Assembly: GCA_965203055.1 (NCBI GenBank)
Contig: OZ241863.1
Coordinates: 3,264,001-3,328,000, forward strand
Direction of reading: 5' to 3'
Origin: Spirochaetia bacterium
GTDB taxonomy: Bacteria; Spirochaetota; Spirochaetia; SZUA-6; Bin103
Length of the DNA stretch: 64,000 nt
Positions 38,216 through 46,945 of this stretch are shown in pieces. The notes under the pieces were generated by a model, which saw only the letters and a list, made by a program, of their open reading frames with translations, did not search any database and was not told the origin of the DNA. Position 1 is the first letter of the stretch, and every line of letters starts with the position of its first letter. The position numbers and the translations under genes were made by a program.

Positions 38216-41158
38216 TCATACGCGGAACACCTTCATTACTTCGTCGCCGAGGTGGTTGATGACCTTGACGGCGATGCGGCCCGACTCCGGGCGGTCGAAG
38301 GGACGGGAGGTGTCGCTGTGGAGGGTCTCCCAGGCGTCGCGGTCGATCTCGGCCTTGAGGGTGGTCTTCAGCGCCTTGTAGGGGTCGCTGGCGCCCAGGA
38401 AGTAGGCGTGGCGGACGAAGAAGCTCTCCTCGTCGTAGTCGGTGTCGATGAACCAGCAGGCGATGCCGTCAGGGCCGTCGCTGCGGACTTCGCCGGTGTT
38501 GGGATGGAACACGTCCACGCCGTTGACCTTGACCCGGAGGCGGTCGCCGGCGCCGCTGCCGTCCGCGACCTGCAGGAGGTCGATGTCGGGCTCGCCGAAG
38601 ATCACGAACAGGTTGCCTTTGCCGGTGTTCTTCAGGTCGCCGGCCATGTGCAGGTCGGCGTTCATGCGCGCCTTCAGGATCGGAATGCGGCCGAGGCGGG
38701 CGAGTTCGCCGGCGTGCGCGTCGTAGCTGAAGGCGCAGGCGATCAGCACGTCGTAGTCGGCGTCGGCGGCTTCGCGGGCGGCGGCGGCCAGGTCGGGGCG
38801 GGCGACGGTGCCGAACTCGGGGCCGATGAAGACGCCGGCGCGCCGTTCGGCGCCGGTGTCGGGGGCGCCCTCGAGGTAGCGCCCTTCGGCGCAGATCAGC
38901 TTGCCCGGCCAGGGGGTGAGGGCGGTGAAGGAGATGCGGTCTTCCTTGTGCGCCTGCTGGACGCCGGCGGTGCGCAGGTTTTCGAGGATCATGGCGGCGA
39001 AGTCGTGCTGGCCGCGGTCGTCGTAGCCGGTCTTGCGCTCGGCGAGGTGGTCGATCAGGTCGTCGTCCTCGTCCACGCCCAAGGTGCGGTGCGGCGCCAG
39101 GCTTTCCACGGTGAACGGGCCGGCCACGCGCACGATGCCCCGGTCTTCGTAGGGCTTGTCGTAGAGGTACTCGTAGTCCGCCTTGGCGGCGATGGAGGCG
39201 TCGATCTCCTGCTGGCGGGCGATGCGCGCGTCCCACCAGCGGCGGTGCAGGTCGGCGGGGCCGGCGTCCCACGGGTCGAGCGGTCGGTCCGGGACCGTCG
39301 CCGGCGAGTAGGTGCGGTTCAGCGCGCGGTTCAACGCCCGCAGCGCGGTCGCCTTGGCGGCGTCGGTCGGCGCGTCCTGAGTCCGCTGCCACGCCGCGGC
39401 GGCCGCGGCCGGCCACGGATCGCCCGGTTCGCGCGGGATTTCCCACTCTTCATAGATGCGGTCGAGGGCAGCGTTGAGTGCCGCGCGCAGCGGCTCCAGG
39501 GTCTCCTGCCAGCGCTCATGGATCACGTCGATCTCGGCGTTGTTGGCGATCGACTTGAGGGTGACGTGCGGCACGCGCTCGTACACGAACCCCTGCCGGA
39601 TGTCGCCGCTGGTCACGCTCTCGGACGGAACCGTCTGCGACAGTTCGGCTTCCTTGCGCCGCCCTTCCACACTGTCCGCCAGCAGGTAGTAGGGATAGCG
39701 CGCGCCCATCACGCGGGAGCGTGCCAAGGCCAGTGCGACGCGCGAGGTGTCGATGGTGATCCAGCGCCGCCCCCACTGCTCGGCCACGTAAGCGGTGGTC
39801 CCGGACCCGCAGGTAGGATCGAGCACGAGGTCGCCGGGATCGGTGGCCATCAGTATGCAACGCTGCGTAACTCGTATATTGGTTTGGACTACGTATATTA
39901 CGTCTTGCGCTCCCATAACATCGGTCCAAAGATTATTTAGTTCAGTTACTGGATGATCATTGAGAAAACGGATGAATCTTGGTGTACGACCACTGGAATA
40001 GAGTCTGCCAGCTCGAATTAAGCGCCACATATTATCTGCCGTTGTAGACCATTGACGATTAGAAGGTAGACGAAATACCTTCCCGTCTGCTTCTATTGTA
40101 GGATACAGACATGATTGTACGCCAGCATACATCGTGTGAAGTGACGTAGGCTGAAAAACCTTTGCGGTAGTATCCTCAGTGGAAAGCTTCTTCGTCGATA
40201 CTACTTCTCTATTCGGTCGGAGTGCATATCCGTACTGCGAAGCGGTACCGGATTCTTTCTTTTCTTGATAAAGACTACGAAACTTGGCGTCAGATCGAGA
40301 CTTTGCGTACCAGAGAATGAAGTCGGATACTCCAGTCAATCCGGACGATCCCAGTCCTCCGGTCTTCCGAACTGTAATCAACGAAAGGGCGTTCTCCGCA
40401 CCAAATACTTCATCCATCAGGGATCGAACGCGATGGACGTTCTCGTCGCCGATCTGCACGAAGATGCTGCCGCTCTCGGTGAGCAGGTCGCGCGCCACGG
40501 TCAGGCGGTCGCGCAGGTAGGTCAGGTAGGAGTGAATCCCGTCGCGCCACGTGTCGCGGAACGCCTTGACCTGCTCGGGTTCGCGGGTGATGTGTTCGGC
40601 TTTGCCGTCCTTCACGTCGCGGCTGGTGGTGGACCACTGGAAGTTGGAGTTGAACTTGATGCCGTAGGGCGGGTCGAGGTAGATGCACTGCACCGCGCCG
40701 CGCAGCCCCTCGCGCTCGGCCAGCGACGCCATCACCTGCAGGCTGTCGCCCAGGATCATGCGATTCGACCAGTTGGCGTCGTGGCGGTAGAACTCGGTGC
40801 GGGCATCACCGTCCGGCAGGCCGTTGAAGTCGGCGAACAGGTCGATCTGGTCGTCCGCGGCGCGCTCGCTCGCCTTGCTGCGCCGCAGCAGGTCGTCGAT
40901 CAGGGCCTTGGGGTGGACCTTCTCCTGGATGAACAGCGGGGGCGCCTGGACCACGAGGTCGGACCAGTCCTGCTCGTCCTTGCCGCGCCACACGAGTTGC
41001 GGATCGAGATCCTGGTTGCGCCGCTGATACGCCACCCGGACCGGGTGCTGATCGGCCTTCTCCATCAGCGACCGGTACTCGGCGGTGGGAATGTTCTTGC
41101 GCGACGCCTCGTCGTGCGTAATGGTCTCGACGGCCTTGGCCGCCCTGCGCTTCGCCAT
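38216..41158 (-). CDS. Site-specific DNA adenine methyltransferase, type III Mod-like
   Basis: IYLDPPYG (motif IV) before VLDPTCGSGTT (motif I), beta-class order; NRMILGDSL; C-terminal IAVKVINHLGDEV. Confidence 0.9.
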   Translation of the reverse strand: MAKRRAAKAVETITHDEASRKNIPTAEYRSLMEKADQHPVRVAYQRRNQDLDPQLVWRGKDEQDWSDLVVQAPPLFIQEKVHPKALIDDLLRRSKASERAADDQIDLFADFNGLPDGDARTEFYRHDANWSNRMILGDSLQVMASLAEREGLRGAVQCIYLDPPYGIKFNSNFQWSTTSRDVKDGKAEHITREPEQVKAFRDTWRDGIHSYLTYLRDRLTVARDLLTESGSIFVQIGDENVHRVRSLMDEVFGAENALSLITVRKTGGLGSSGLTGVSDFILWYAKSRSDAKFRSLYQEKKESGTASQYGYALRPNREVVSTKKLSTEDTTAKVFQPTSLHTMYAGVQSCLYPTIEADGKVFRLPSNRQWSTTADNMWRLIRAGRLYSSGRTPRFIRFLNDHPVTELNNLWTDVMGAQDVIYVVQTNIRVTQRCILMATDPGDLVLDPTCGSGTTAYVAEQWGRRWITIDTSRVALALARSRVMGARYPYYLLADSVEGRRKEAELSQTVPSESVTSGDIRQGFVYERVPHVTLKSIANNAEIDVIHERWQETLEPLRAALNAALDRIYEEWEIPREPGDPWPAAAAAAWQRTQDAPTDAAKATALRALNRALNRTYSPATVPDRPLDPWDAGPADLHRRWWDARIARQQEIDASIAAKADYEYLYDKPYEDRGIVRVAGPFTVESLAPHRTLGVDEDDDLIDHLAERKTGYDDRGQHDFAAMILENLRTAGVQQAHKEDRISFTALTPWPGKLICAEGRYLEGAPDTGAERRAGVFIGPEFGTVARPDLAAAAREAADADYDVLIACAFSYDAHAGELARLGRIPILKARMNADLHMAGDLKNTGKGNLFVIFGEPDIDLLQVADGSGAGDRLRVKVNGVDVFHPNTGEVRSDGPDGIACWFIDTDYDEESFFVRHAYFLGASDPYKALKTTLKAEIDRDAWETLHSDTSRPFDRPESGRIAVKVINHLGDEVMKVFRV

Positions 41159-41211
41159 CTACGGATGATCCTTCTCGGTCTCGGCCGACAGGCTGCGCAC
41201 CGCCGGCACCG

Positions 41212-41244
41212 GCGCGCGCGGTTCGATCGCGGTGTTACACATCG
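41212..41244. repeat. 33 bp direct repeat, copy A (30/33 identical to 44919-44951)
   Basis: GCGCGCGCGGTTCGATCGCGGTGTTACACATCG. Confidence 0.8.
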
Positions 41245-41384
41245 ATCGCATCTCCCTGTTGGTGTCGATGGCCAAGTCTACCGGTCTCCCCACAAGTCTT
41301 CCAGATACTCCCGGGTGGGCGGCGGGGCGCCGCGCGCCCATGCAAAAGCGCCGCCGACGCCGCGCCGTTGTAGGGGGCAGAGAA

Positions 41385-42338
41385 ATGGCATCGACCCTGC
41401 ATCAGCCCCACGATCACCTGTTCCGCCTGGTGTTCGCCGACCCCGAGGAGACCTCCGCCTTCCTCCGCGCCCGGCTGCCGGACTCGTACCAGGGCGGCAT
41501 CCTCTGGTCCTCCCTGCGCCGCGCCGCAGGCTCCTTCGTCGACCAGGAGCTGCGCGGCTCCGTCACCGACCTGCTGTTCGAAGTGCGTAGCGCCGCCGCG
41601 GCGCCGCGGCAGTGGCTCTACCTGCTGTTCGAACATCAGTCCCAGCCCGACCGCTGGATCACGCTGCGCCTGCTGCGCTACTGCTGCCGCATCTGGGAGA
41701 ACGACCGCCGAGACCACCCCGACGAGCAGTACCTGCGCCCGGTGCTGCCGCTGGTGTTCTACCAGGGCGAGCACCACTGGCGCTACGCCATCGAACTGGC
41801 GGAGTCGTTCCCGCCGGCGCTGCGCGGCCAGCCGTGGGTACCCCACTTCTCCCCGCTGCTGCTGGACCAGACCCGGATGGCGCCGGCGGCGGTGGCCGGG
41901 GAACTGCACGGGCGGTTGCTGCAACTGGCGATGATGCACACCTTCGAGCAGGAGCTGGGGGAGGCGCGGAAGCGAATCGCGCCGCTGATAGGGGAGTTGA
42001 AGTGGAAGCCGACGCATGGCGGGGTGGATTACTACCAAGCGTTCCTGAAGTATATTGTGAAGACCGGGCCGGCGGACACGCTGGAAGCGCTGGGTGAGCT
42101 GCTGCGACGCTTGGCGCCGGAACTGAGAGGTGATCTGATGACCTGTGGCGAGATACTGCGCCGGGAAGGTGAATTGAAGGGCCGACAGGAAGGCCGGCTG
42201 GAGACCATCGACGGGCTCCTGCGGGCCGGGATCGGGTGGCCGGTGATCCAATCCGCGACCGGTATCGACGAGCCCACCTACCGCGCCCTCAAACGCGACG
42301 CCGCCAACGGCACGGAGCAGACCGCCCCCCGCCAATAA
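41385..42338 (+). CDS. Rpn/YhgA-like nuclease, intact copy
   Basis: PHDHLFRLVF, TDLLFEV, YLLFEHQS, LPLVFYQG, GRQEG. Confidence 0.9.
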   Translation: MASTLHQPHDHLFRLVFADPEETSAFLRARLPDSYQGGILWSSLRRAAGSFVDQELRGSVTDLLFEVRSAAAAPRQWLYLLFEHQSQPDRWITLRLLRYCCRIWENDRRDHPDEQYLRPVLPLVFYQGEHHWRYAIELAESFPPALRGQPWVPHFSPLLLDQTRMAPAAVAGELHGRLLQLAMMHTFEQELGEARKRIAPLIGELKWKPTHGGVDYYQAFLKYIVKTGPADTLEALGELLRRLAPELRGDLMTCGEILRREGELKGRQEGRLETIDGLLRAGIGWPVIQSATGIDEPTYRALKRDAANGTEQTAPRQ

Positions 42339-42885
42339 TCCGCGCCCCGCGATAGTCCCGCCGGGCCGGGCGCGTCCATCACGGCCAGCGCGCCGCGCCG
42401 CCCAAAAACGCCGCCGACACCGCGCCGTTGTAGGGTCAGAGAATGTGGCATCGCCCCCTGCATCAGCCCTACGATCACCTGTTCCGCTTGGTGTTCGCCG
42501 ACCCCGAGGAGACCGCCGCCTTCCTCCGCGCCCGCCTGCCGGACTCGTACCAGCGCGGCTTCCTCTGGTCCTCCCTGCGCTGAACTGGCGGAGTCGTTCC
42601 CCCCGGCGTTGCGCAGCCAGCCCTGGGTGCCGCGCTTCTCCCCGCTGCTGCTGGACCAGACCCGGATGGCGCCGGCGGCGGTGGCCGGGGAGCTGCACGG
42701 GCGGTTGCTGCAACTGGCGATGATGCACACCTTCGAGCAGGAGCTGGGGGAGGCGCGGGAGCGGATCGCGCCGCTGATGTGGGAGTTGCAGGGAGAGCCG
42801 GTGCGCGGCGGCGTGGACTACTACCAAGCGTTCCTGAAGTATATTGTGAAGACCGGGCCGGCGGACACGCTGGAAGCGCTGGGTG

Positions 42886-44574
42886 CAGGAAAATCCCATG
42901 CTACAGAGGCTGGTGGGAGCCGCGCCGACGCGGAGGCCGCAGTGGCCAGCGACAATCAAGATGAGAACCTAGCGGCTGCCTCCGGCGGAGGGGAATGGGA
43001 CAGCGGGTGGCGCACCTGAGGGCTTGGTCCGACCGTAGTCGCACAGTTGACCCAGACGGCGACCGGATGGGAGCGCGGGGCGGGCCGGGAGTGGTTCGAG
43101 GAGTGGGGGCGGAGCGCTCGAAGCGGGCTGCGCCAGCCTCAGCCGGGCGCCATGAGGGCCTTGATGGCTACCTTCGGGCGCCCGGTAAAGTAGCGTAGTG
43201 CCGACGCCAAGTTGGTCCACCGGCGGTAGCGCAGGATCAGTGCCAGCACCAGGTTGTTGCACACCGCGCGGTTGGCAGGCGCCGCGTGGCGCCGCGCCAG
43301 GCAGGCATCCTCAGCCAAGGTGCGGTCACGGCGATGGTGGTTCTTCGACTCGATCGCCCAGTGGCCGCGGTTCCAGGCCAGCAGTTGCTCCGCAGAGGCT
43401 TCGGAGGCCGGCACCGAAGTGATGCCGTAGGCGTAAGTAACGGTCTTCTCGCCGCTCTTGAGCACGTGGCGGTCGCGGCGCACCCGGAACACCTGCGCGA
43501 CGTGCGGGTAGTTGAGGGTGTTGGGCGGCAAGGTCATAACTTCGATGTGGCGCCGTTCGATGCGGCCATGGGCCTTCTCGGACGCTGTGGAGAAGCGCGC
43601 GGTAGCGTGTTCCCAGGGGATGCTGACGAGTGCCTCGTAGGTCTCGGAGGAGTTCTGCTTGACGGTCATCTGATAGTGGGCCTGGTGCTGTTCGACGATC
43701 TTGGTGGCGGTGTCGCGGGTGGTGTGGAGGGCATCGAGGGTGATCACCGCGCCGCCGATCGAGACCGTCTCGAGCAGGGCGCCGACGGCGGCCAACTCGC
43801 CATTCTCGTCGTGGAAGTTGAGACTGGCGAGCGGCACGCCGGTGCCGTGCTCGACCAGGGTGGCGGTCTCGTAGCGTAGCGAGCCGTGGCGATTGGCGCC
43901 GCGAATGCGCTTGCCGTCGGCCGCGATGGCGCGGCGTTGGCGCGGAGCTGGCGGTGGCAGGCGGGACTCGGAATAGCGCTGCAGGATGGCTTCGAGGTGC
44001 TCGGTATCGGCGTGCATGAGCACCCGGTGGATGGTGGACTTGGGGGGCGGATGGTAGCGCCCGGAGCGCCGATTGCGCCACGCGCCAATATCTTTGAGGT
44101 CCTTCTGCGTGAGCCTCTGAGCATACTCCGCCGCCGCGACCGGGCCGCGAAAGTTGCCCAGCGCAGCCAACAGGTAGACCGTCAGCACGGTCGCAATGGA
44201 GTGCTTGCGCCCCTGGCCGCGGCGGTAGTCGGGGAGGTCTTCGAGTTCGGCGTACAGACTGCGCTTGTCGACTGCGGCGTTATCGTCTGGGTGTTCGGGC
44301 CGTGCCCGCCAGCAGTCTGGCAGCTTGCCGGACTGGCTGAGGATGCGCCGGGCATCGCGCCGCAAGGGGCGCACGAAGAGACGCTTCGGGTGGCCGTGAG
44401 GGTCGGTGTAGTGGCCGTTGCTGCGCGCGTAGCCCTTGCTGTCGCCGACGTAGGTCCAGTTGCCGGCCTGATACAGGGTGCCGGAGAAGCGCTGCGGATC
44501 GACGAAGCTCTCCGCAACCAGCAGCGGATGGCCGTAGTGCTGCTGCCAATCGGAGCTAGCATGGGATCGCCTTG
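42886..44574 (-). mobile_element. ISAs1 family element, apparently 5'-deleted
   Basis: TIRs CAGGAAAATCCCATGCTA / TAGCATGGGATCGCCTTG; TSD CGCTGGGTG at 42877-42885 and 44575-44583. Confidence 0.85.
43139..44556 (-). CDS. ISAs1 transposase preceded in-frame by a DUF4338-like C-terminal remnant; no clear start codon
   Basis: LPDYRRGQGRKH, IAADGKRIRG, ITLDALHT, VKQN, HGRIERR, HWAIES.HHRRD...ED; upstream YGHPLLVAESFVDP..GTLYQAGNW..VG. Confidence 0.8.
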
Positions 44575-44918
44575 CGCTGGGTGAGCTGCTGCGGCGCTTG
44601 GCGCCGGAACTGAGAGGTGATCTGATGACCTGTGGCGAGATACTGCGCCGGGAAGGCGAGTTGAAGGGTCGGCAGGAAGGCCGGCTGGAGGGCCGGCTGA
44701 GGGCCGCCTGGAAGGGCGCCAGGAAGGTGAGTTGAAGGGCCGGCGTGAAGGCCGGCTGGAGACCATTGACGGGCTCCTGCGGGCCGGGATCAAGTGGCCG
44801 GTGATTCAATCCGCCACCGGCATCGACGAGCCCACCTACCGCGCCCTCAAACGCGACGCCGCCAACGGCACGGAGCAGACCGCGCCCCGCCAATAATCCC
44901 GGCGCAACGACGGCCACT

Positions 44919-44951
44919 GCGCGCGCGGTTCGATTGCGGCGTTACCCATCG
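44919..44951. repeat. 33 bp direct repeat, copy B
   Basis: GCGCGCGCGGTTCGATTGCGGCGTTACCCATCG. Confidence 0.8.
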
Positions 44952-45107
44952 CACCAGCACGTCGACGTCGCTCTCGGCCGCAGCCTGATCGCGGGCGAAG
45001 GAGCCGAACAGAGCAACGCCGGAGACGCCGAACCGCTCCTTGAGCGTCGCCTTGCTCGCGCGGAGCAACTCCAGAACCTGGTCTCGGTTCGTGGTGCCCT
45101 GCCTCAT
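44950..45107 (-). pseudogene. Minimal nucleotidyltransferase (MNT) N-terminal half, truncated
   Basis: LKERFGVSGVALFGSFARDQA..ESDVDVLV, similarity ends at repeat B. Confidence 0.8.
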
Positions 45108-45133
45108 CGTCGCCAACAATCCGAACCATCCTG

Positions 45134-45718
45134 CTACCGTATCAGTTCCTCTACCGTACGCCACATCTTGTCGAATGACGGTGCCCCTCGCCTCGCCTGA
45201 TCAAGATCGAACAAGGAACTGAACGCCGGTTGGTCACGAGTCTCTTGGTATGCTCGTCCGGCCGCCATGCGGCCGGCAAGCCATCCCTTCGCATTGCGGG
45301 TCGATTCCGGGTTGGCTGGCGCTGTCGTGTCGCTGCCTAGGTCCCGGTGCCCGGCCAACGAATCGGCGGCGGCCAGAAACCACGCCTCGTATTCTCTACA
45401 TGCCAGCACGACCCCAATGCGGCGATCGTTTCGAGCGGTCGTAGCGCGCCGGAGAATCTCCGGCGCCTTGTCGCAAGGAAGGTCGTCGTCGGCGTCGAGC
45501 ACTATCAGTATACCGCCGTTGGGACCGGATTGACGCGCGGCGAGATCGACGTACCGCTCCAGTACGTTCTCCTTGAGCAGGAGGTCGCGGTTCACCCTGA
45601 TCGGTTTCGGCACCCGCGGTACGGTGCCGGGAACGATGGCGTCAGCAATGCGGCGGATCAGGATCGGCACTGCCTGCACTTCTCCAACTCCCTCGACGAT
45701 CGCGATGATCACGGGCAT
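45134..45718 (-). CDS. DUF4276 family (TOPRIM-like) protein
   Basis: IVEGVGE, ILIVLDADD, REYEAWFLA, PSFDKM. Confidence 0.85.
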   Translation of the reverse strand: MPVIIAIVEGVGEVQAVPILIRRIADAIVPGTVPRVPKPIRVNRDLLLKENVLERYVDLAARQSGPNGGILIVLDADDDLPCDKAPEILRRATTARNDRRIGVVLACREYEAWFLAAADSLAGHRDLGSDTTAPANPESTRNAKGWLAGRMAAGRAYQETRDQPAFSSLFDLDQARRGAPSFDKMWRTVEELIR

Positions 45719-45721
45719 CGG

Positions 45722-46945
45722 TCAGTGCGTGGTGTCGGTCTGGAACAGGTCGAGGCGAAGCTGGGATGACTGGTCCGGGTCAGGGCGCAACTGATCGATC
45801 CGCAGCAGCTCGCCGGCGCGGAAGAGGTGATCGCGGAGCGACGAACGGCCCGCTTCGTCCAGGGGGCCAATTCTAGTTTCGGCATGCTCGGAGAGTACGG
45901 CGAGGATCGAGGTGTCGGGGATGGTGTCGTGGTCGAGCAGGTCGGCGCTGTGGCTGCTGACGATGACCTGCGCCGCTCGGCTGGCCTCGGTCAGACTGTC
46001 CATGAGCACGCTGGCGGCGGCCGGGTGCAGGGCGCTCTCCGGCTCTTCGATGCCGATCAGGGTTGCCCGCTCCCCGTTGCCGCTCGTCCCCTGGAACAGC
46101 GCGACGAGCACCCCGAGCGCGCGCAGCGTGCCGTCGGACATGTTGCTGGCCAGGAACCGCCACGGATGGTGAGCTCCGCGCACGTCCTGACGAAAGTCCA
46201 GGGTGAGTTTCGTCCCCATCGTGCGAGGCTCAACGCCCGTGACGCCGGGCGTGATGGCGGCCAGATATTCCTCGACCGCCGTCTTGCCGCGCCCTCCGAG
46301 GTTTGCGAGGACGCTCGCCAAGTTGCCTCCATCTCGCTTCAGCAGATCTCCAGGGTCGGGCGCCTGGAGATCGCGGATCGCTTCGGGGTTCAGATTGTAG
46401 AACCCCATCTCAGACAATGCATCGTAGACTGGCCGGAACGTGGTGAATCCCGACATGGCGACCAGATAGAGACGATCTCTTGCGCACGCCGGCGGATTGG
46501 GAATCGTGCTGTCAACTACTGTGCCGTCCTCGACCTTGTAACGGTCGTAGCCGGATGCGCCGGCGATGAAGCATTCCTCCTCTTGCACGCTGTAGCCACC
46601 GCGAGGTTGCGCGCCCACCCGGAACGCGTACCAGCCTTCGGCGCGGGGAAGCCGCAGGTCGAGCCGGATGCCGAAGTGGTTCGGGTGGCCGCCGGAACGT
46701 CTGCGCACTTCCTGAATGCCGCCCCGGTCGCGCAGCGCGTGGTCCAGTGAGAAGCGCAGCGCCTCGGCCACGAAGCGCAACGCATCCAGGAAGTTGCTCT
46801 TGCCGCTCCCGTTCGGGCCGACCAGGAAGGAGAGCGGCGCCGGCCGCACGTCGCACGCGGCAATGCTCTTGTAGTTCCGCAGGCGCACGCGGGTCACCAG
46901 CCGGGAGTCGGTGTCTCCAACGTGGCTCACGGGGAAATCAGCCAT
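45722..46945 (-). CDS. ABC-type ATPase (AAA_21/RecF-SMC-like)
   Basis: NYKSI, GPNGSGKSN, MSDGTLR, IEEPESALHP, VSSHS. Confidence 0.9.
   Translation of the reverse strand: MADFPVSHVGDTDSRLVTRVRLRNYKSIAACDVRPAPLSFLVGPNGSGKSNFLDALRFVAEALRFSLDHALRDRGGIQEVRRRSGGHPNHFGIRLDLRLPRAEGWYAFRVGAQPRGGYSVQEEECFIAGASGYDRYKVEDGTVVDSTIPNPPACARDRLYLVAMSGFTTFRPVYDALSEMGFYNLNPEAIRDLQAPDPGDLLKRDGGNLASVLANLGGRGKTAVEEYLAAITPGVTGVEPRTMGTKLTLDFRQDVRGAHHPWRFLASNMSDGTLRALGVLVALFQGTSGNGERATLIGIEEPESALHPAAASVLMDSLTEASRAAQVIVSSHSADLLDHDTIPDTSILAVLSEHAETRIGPLDEAGRSSLRDHLFRAGELLRIDQLRPDPDQSSQLRLDLFQTDTTH

Larger units (their letters stand above)
42445..44896 (+). pseudogene. Tandem second Rpn copy, internally deleted and split by ISAs1
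   Basis: Near-identical to 41385-42338 but lacks the equivalent of ~41521-41792; resumes at 44575 after the IS; expanded, frameshifted EGR repeat. Confidence 0.85.

Noticed and set aside
41212..44951. 33-bp repeats as integron attC sites (TAAC...GCGATCGAAC on the minus strand)
   Set aside because: No complementary second arm ending in GTTRRRY, no such sites between the other island genes, and no integrase in the window
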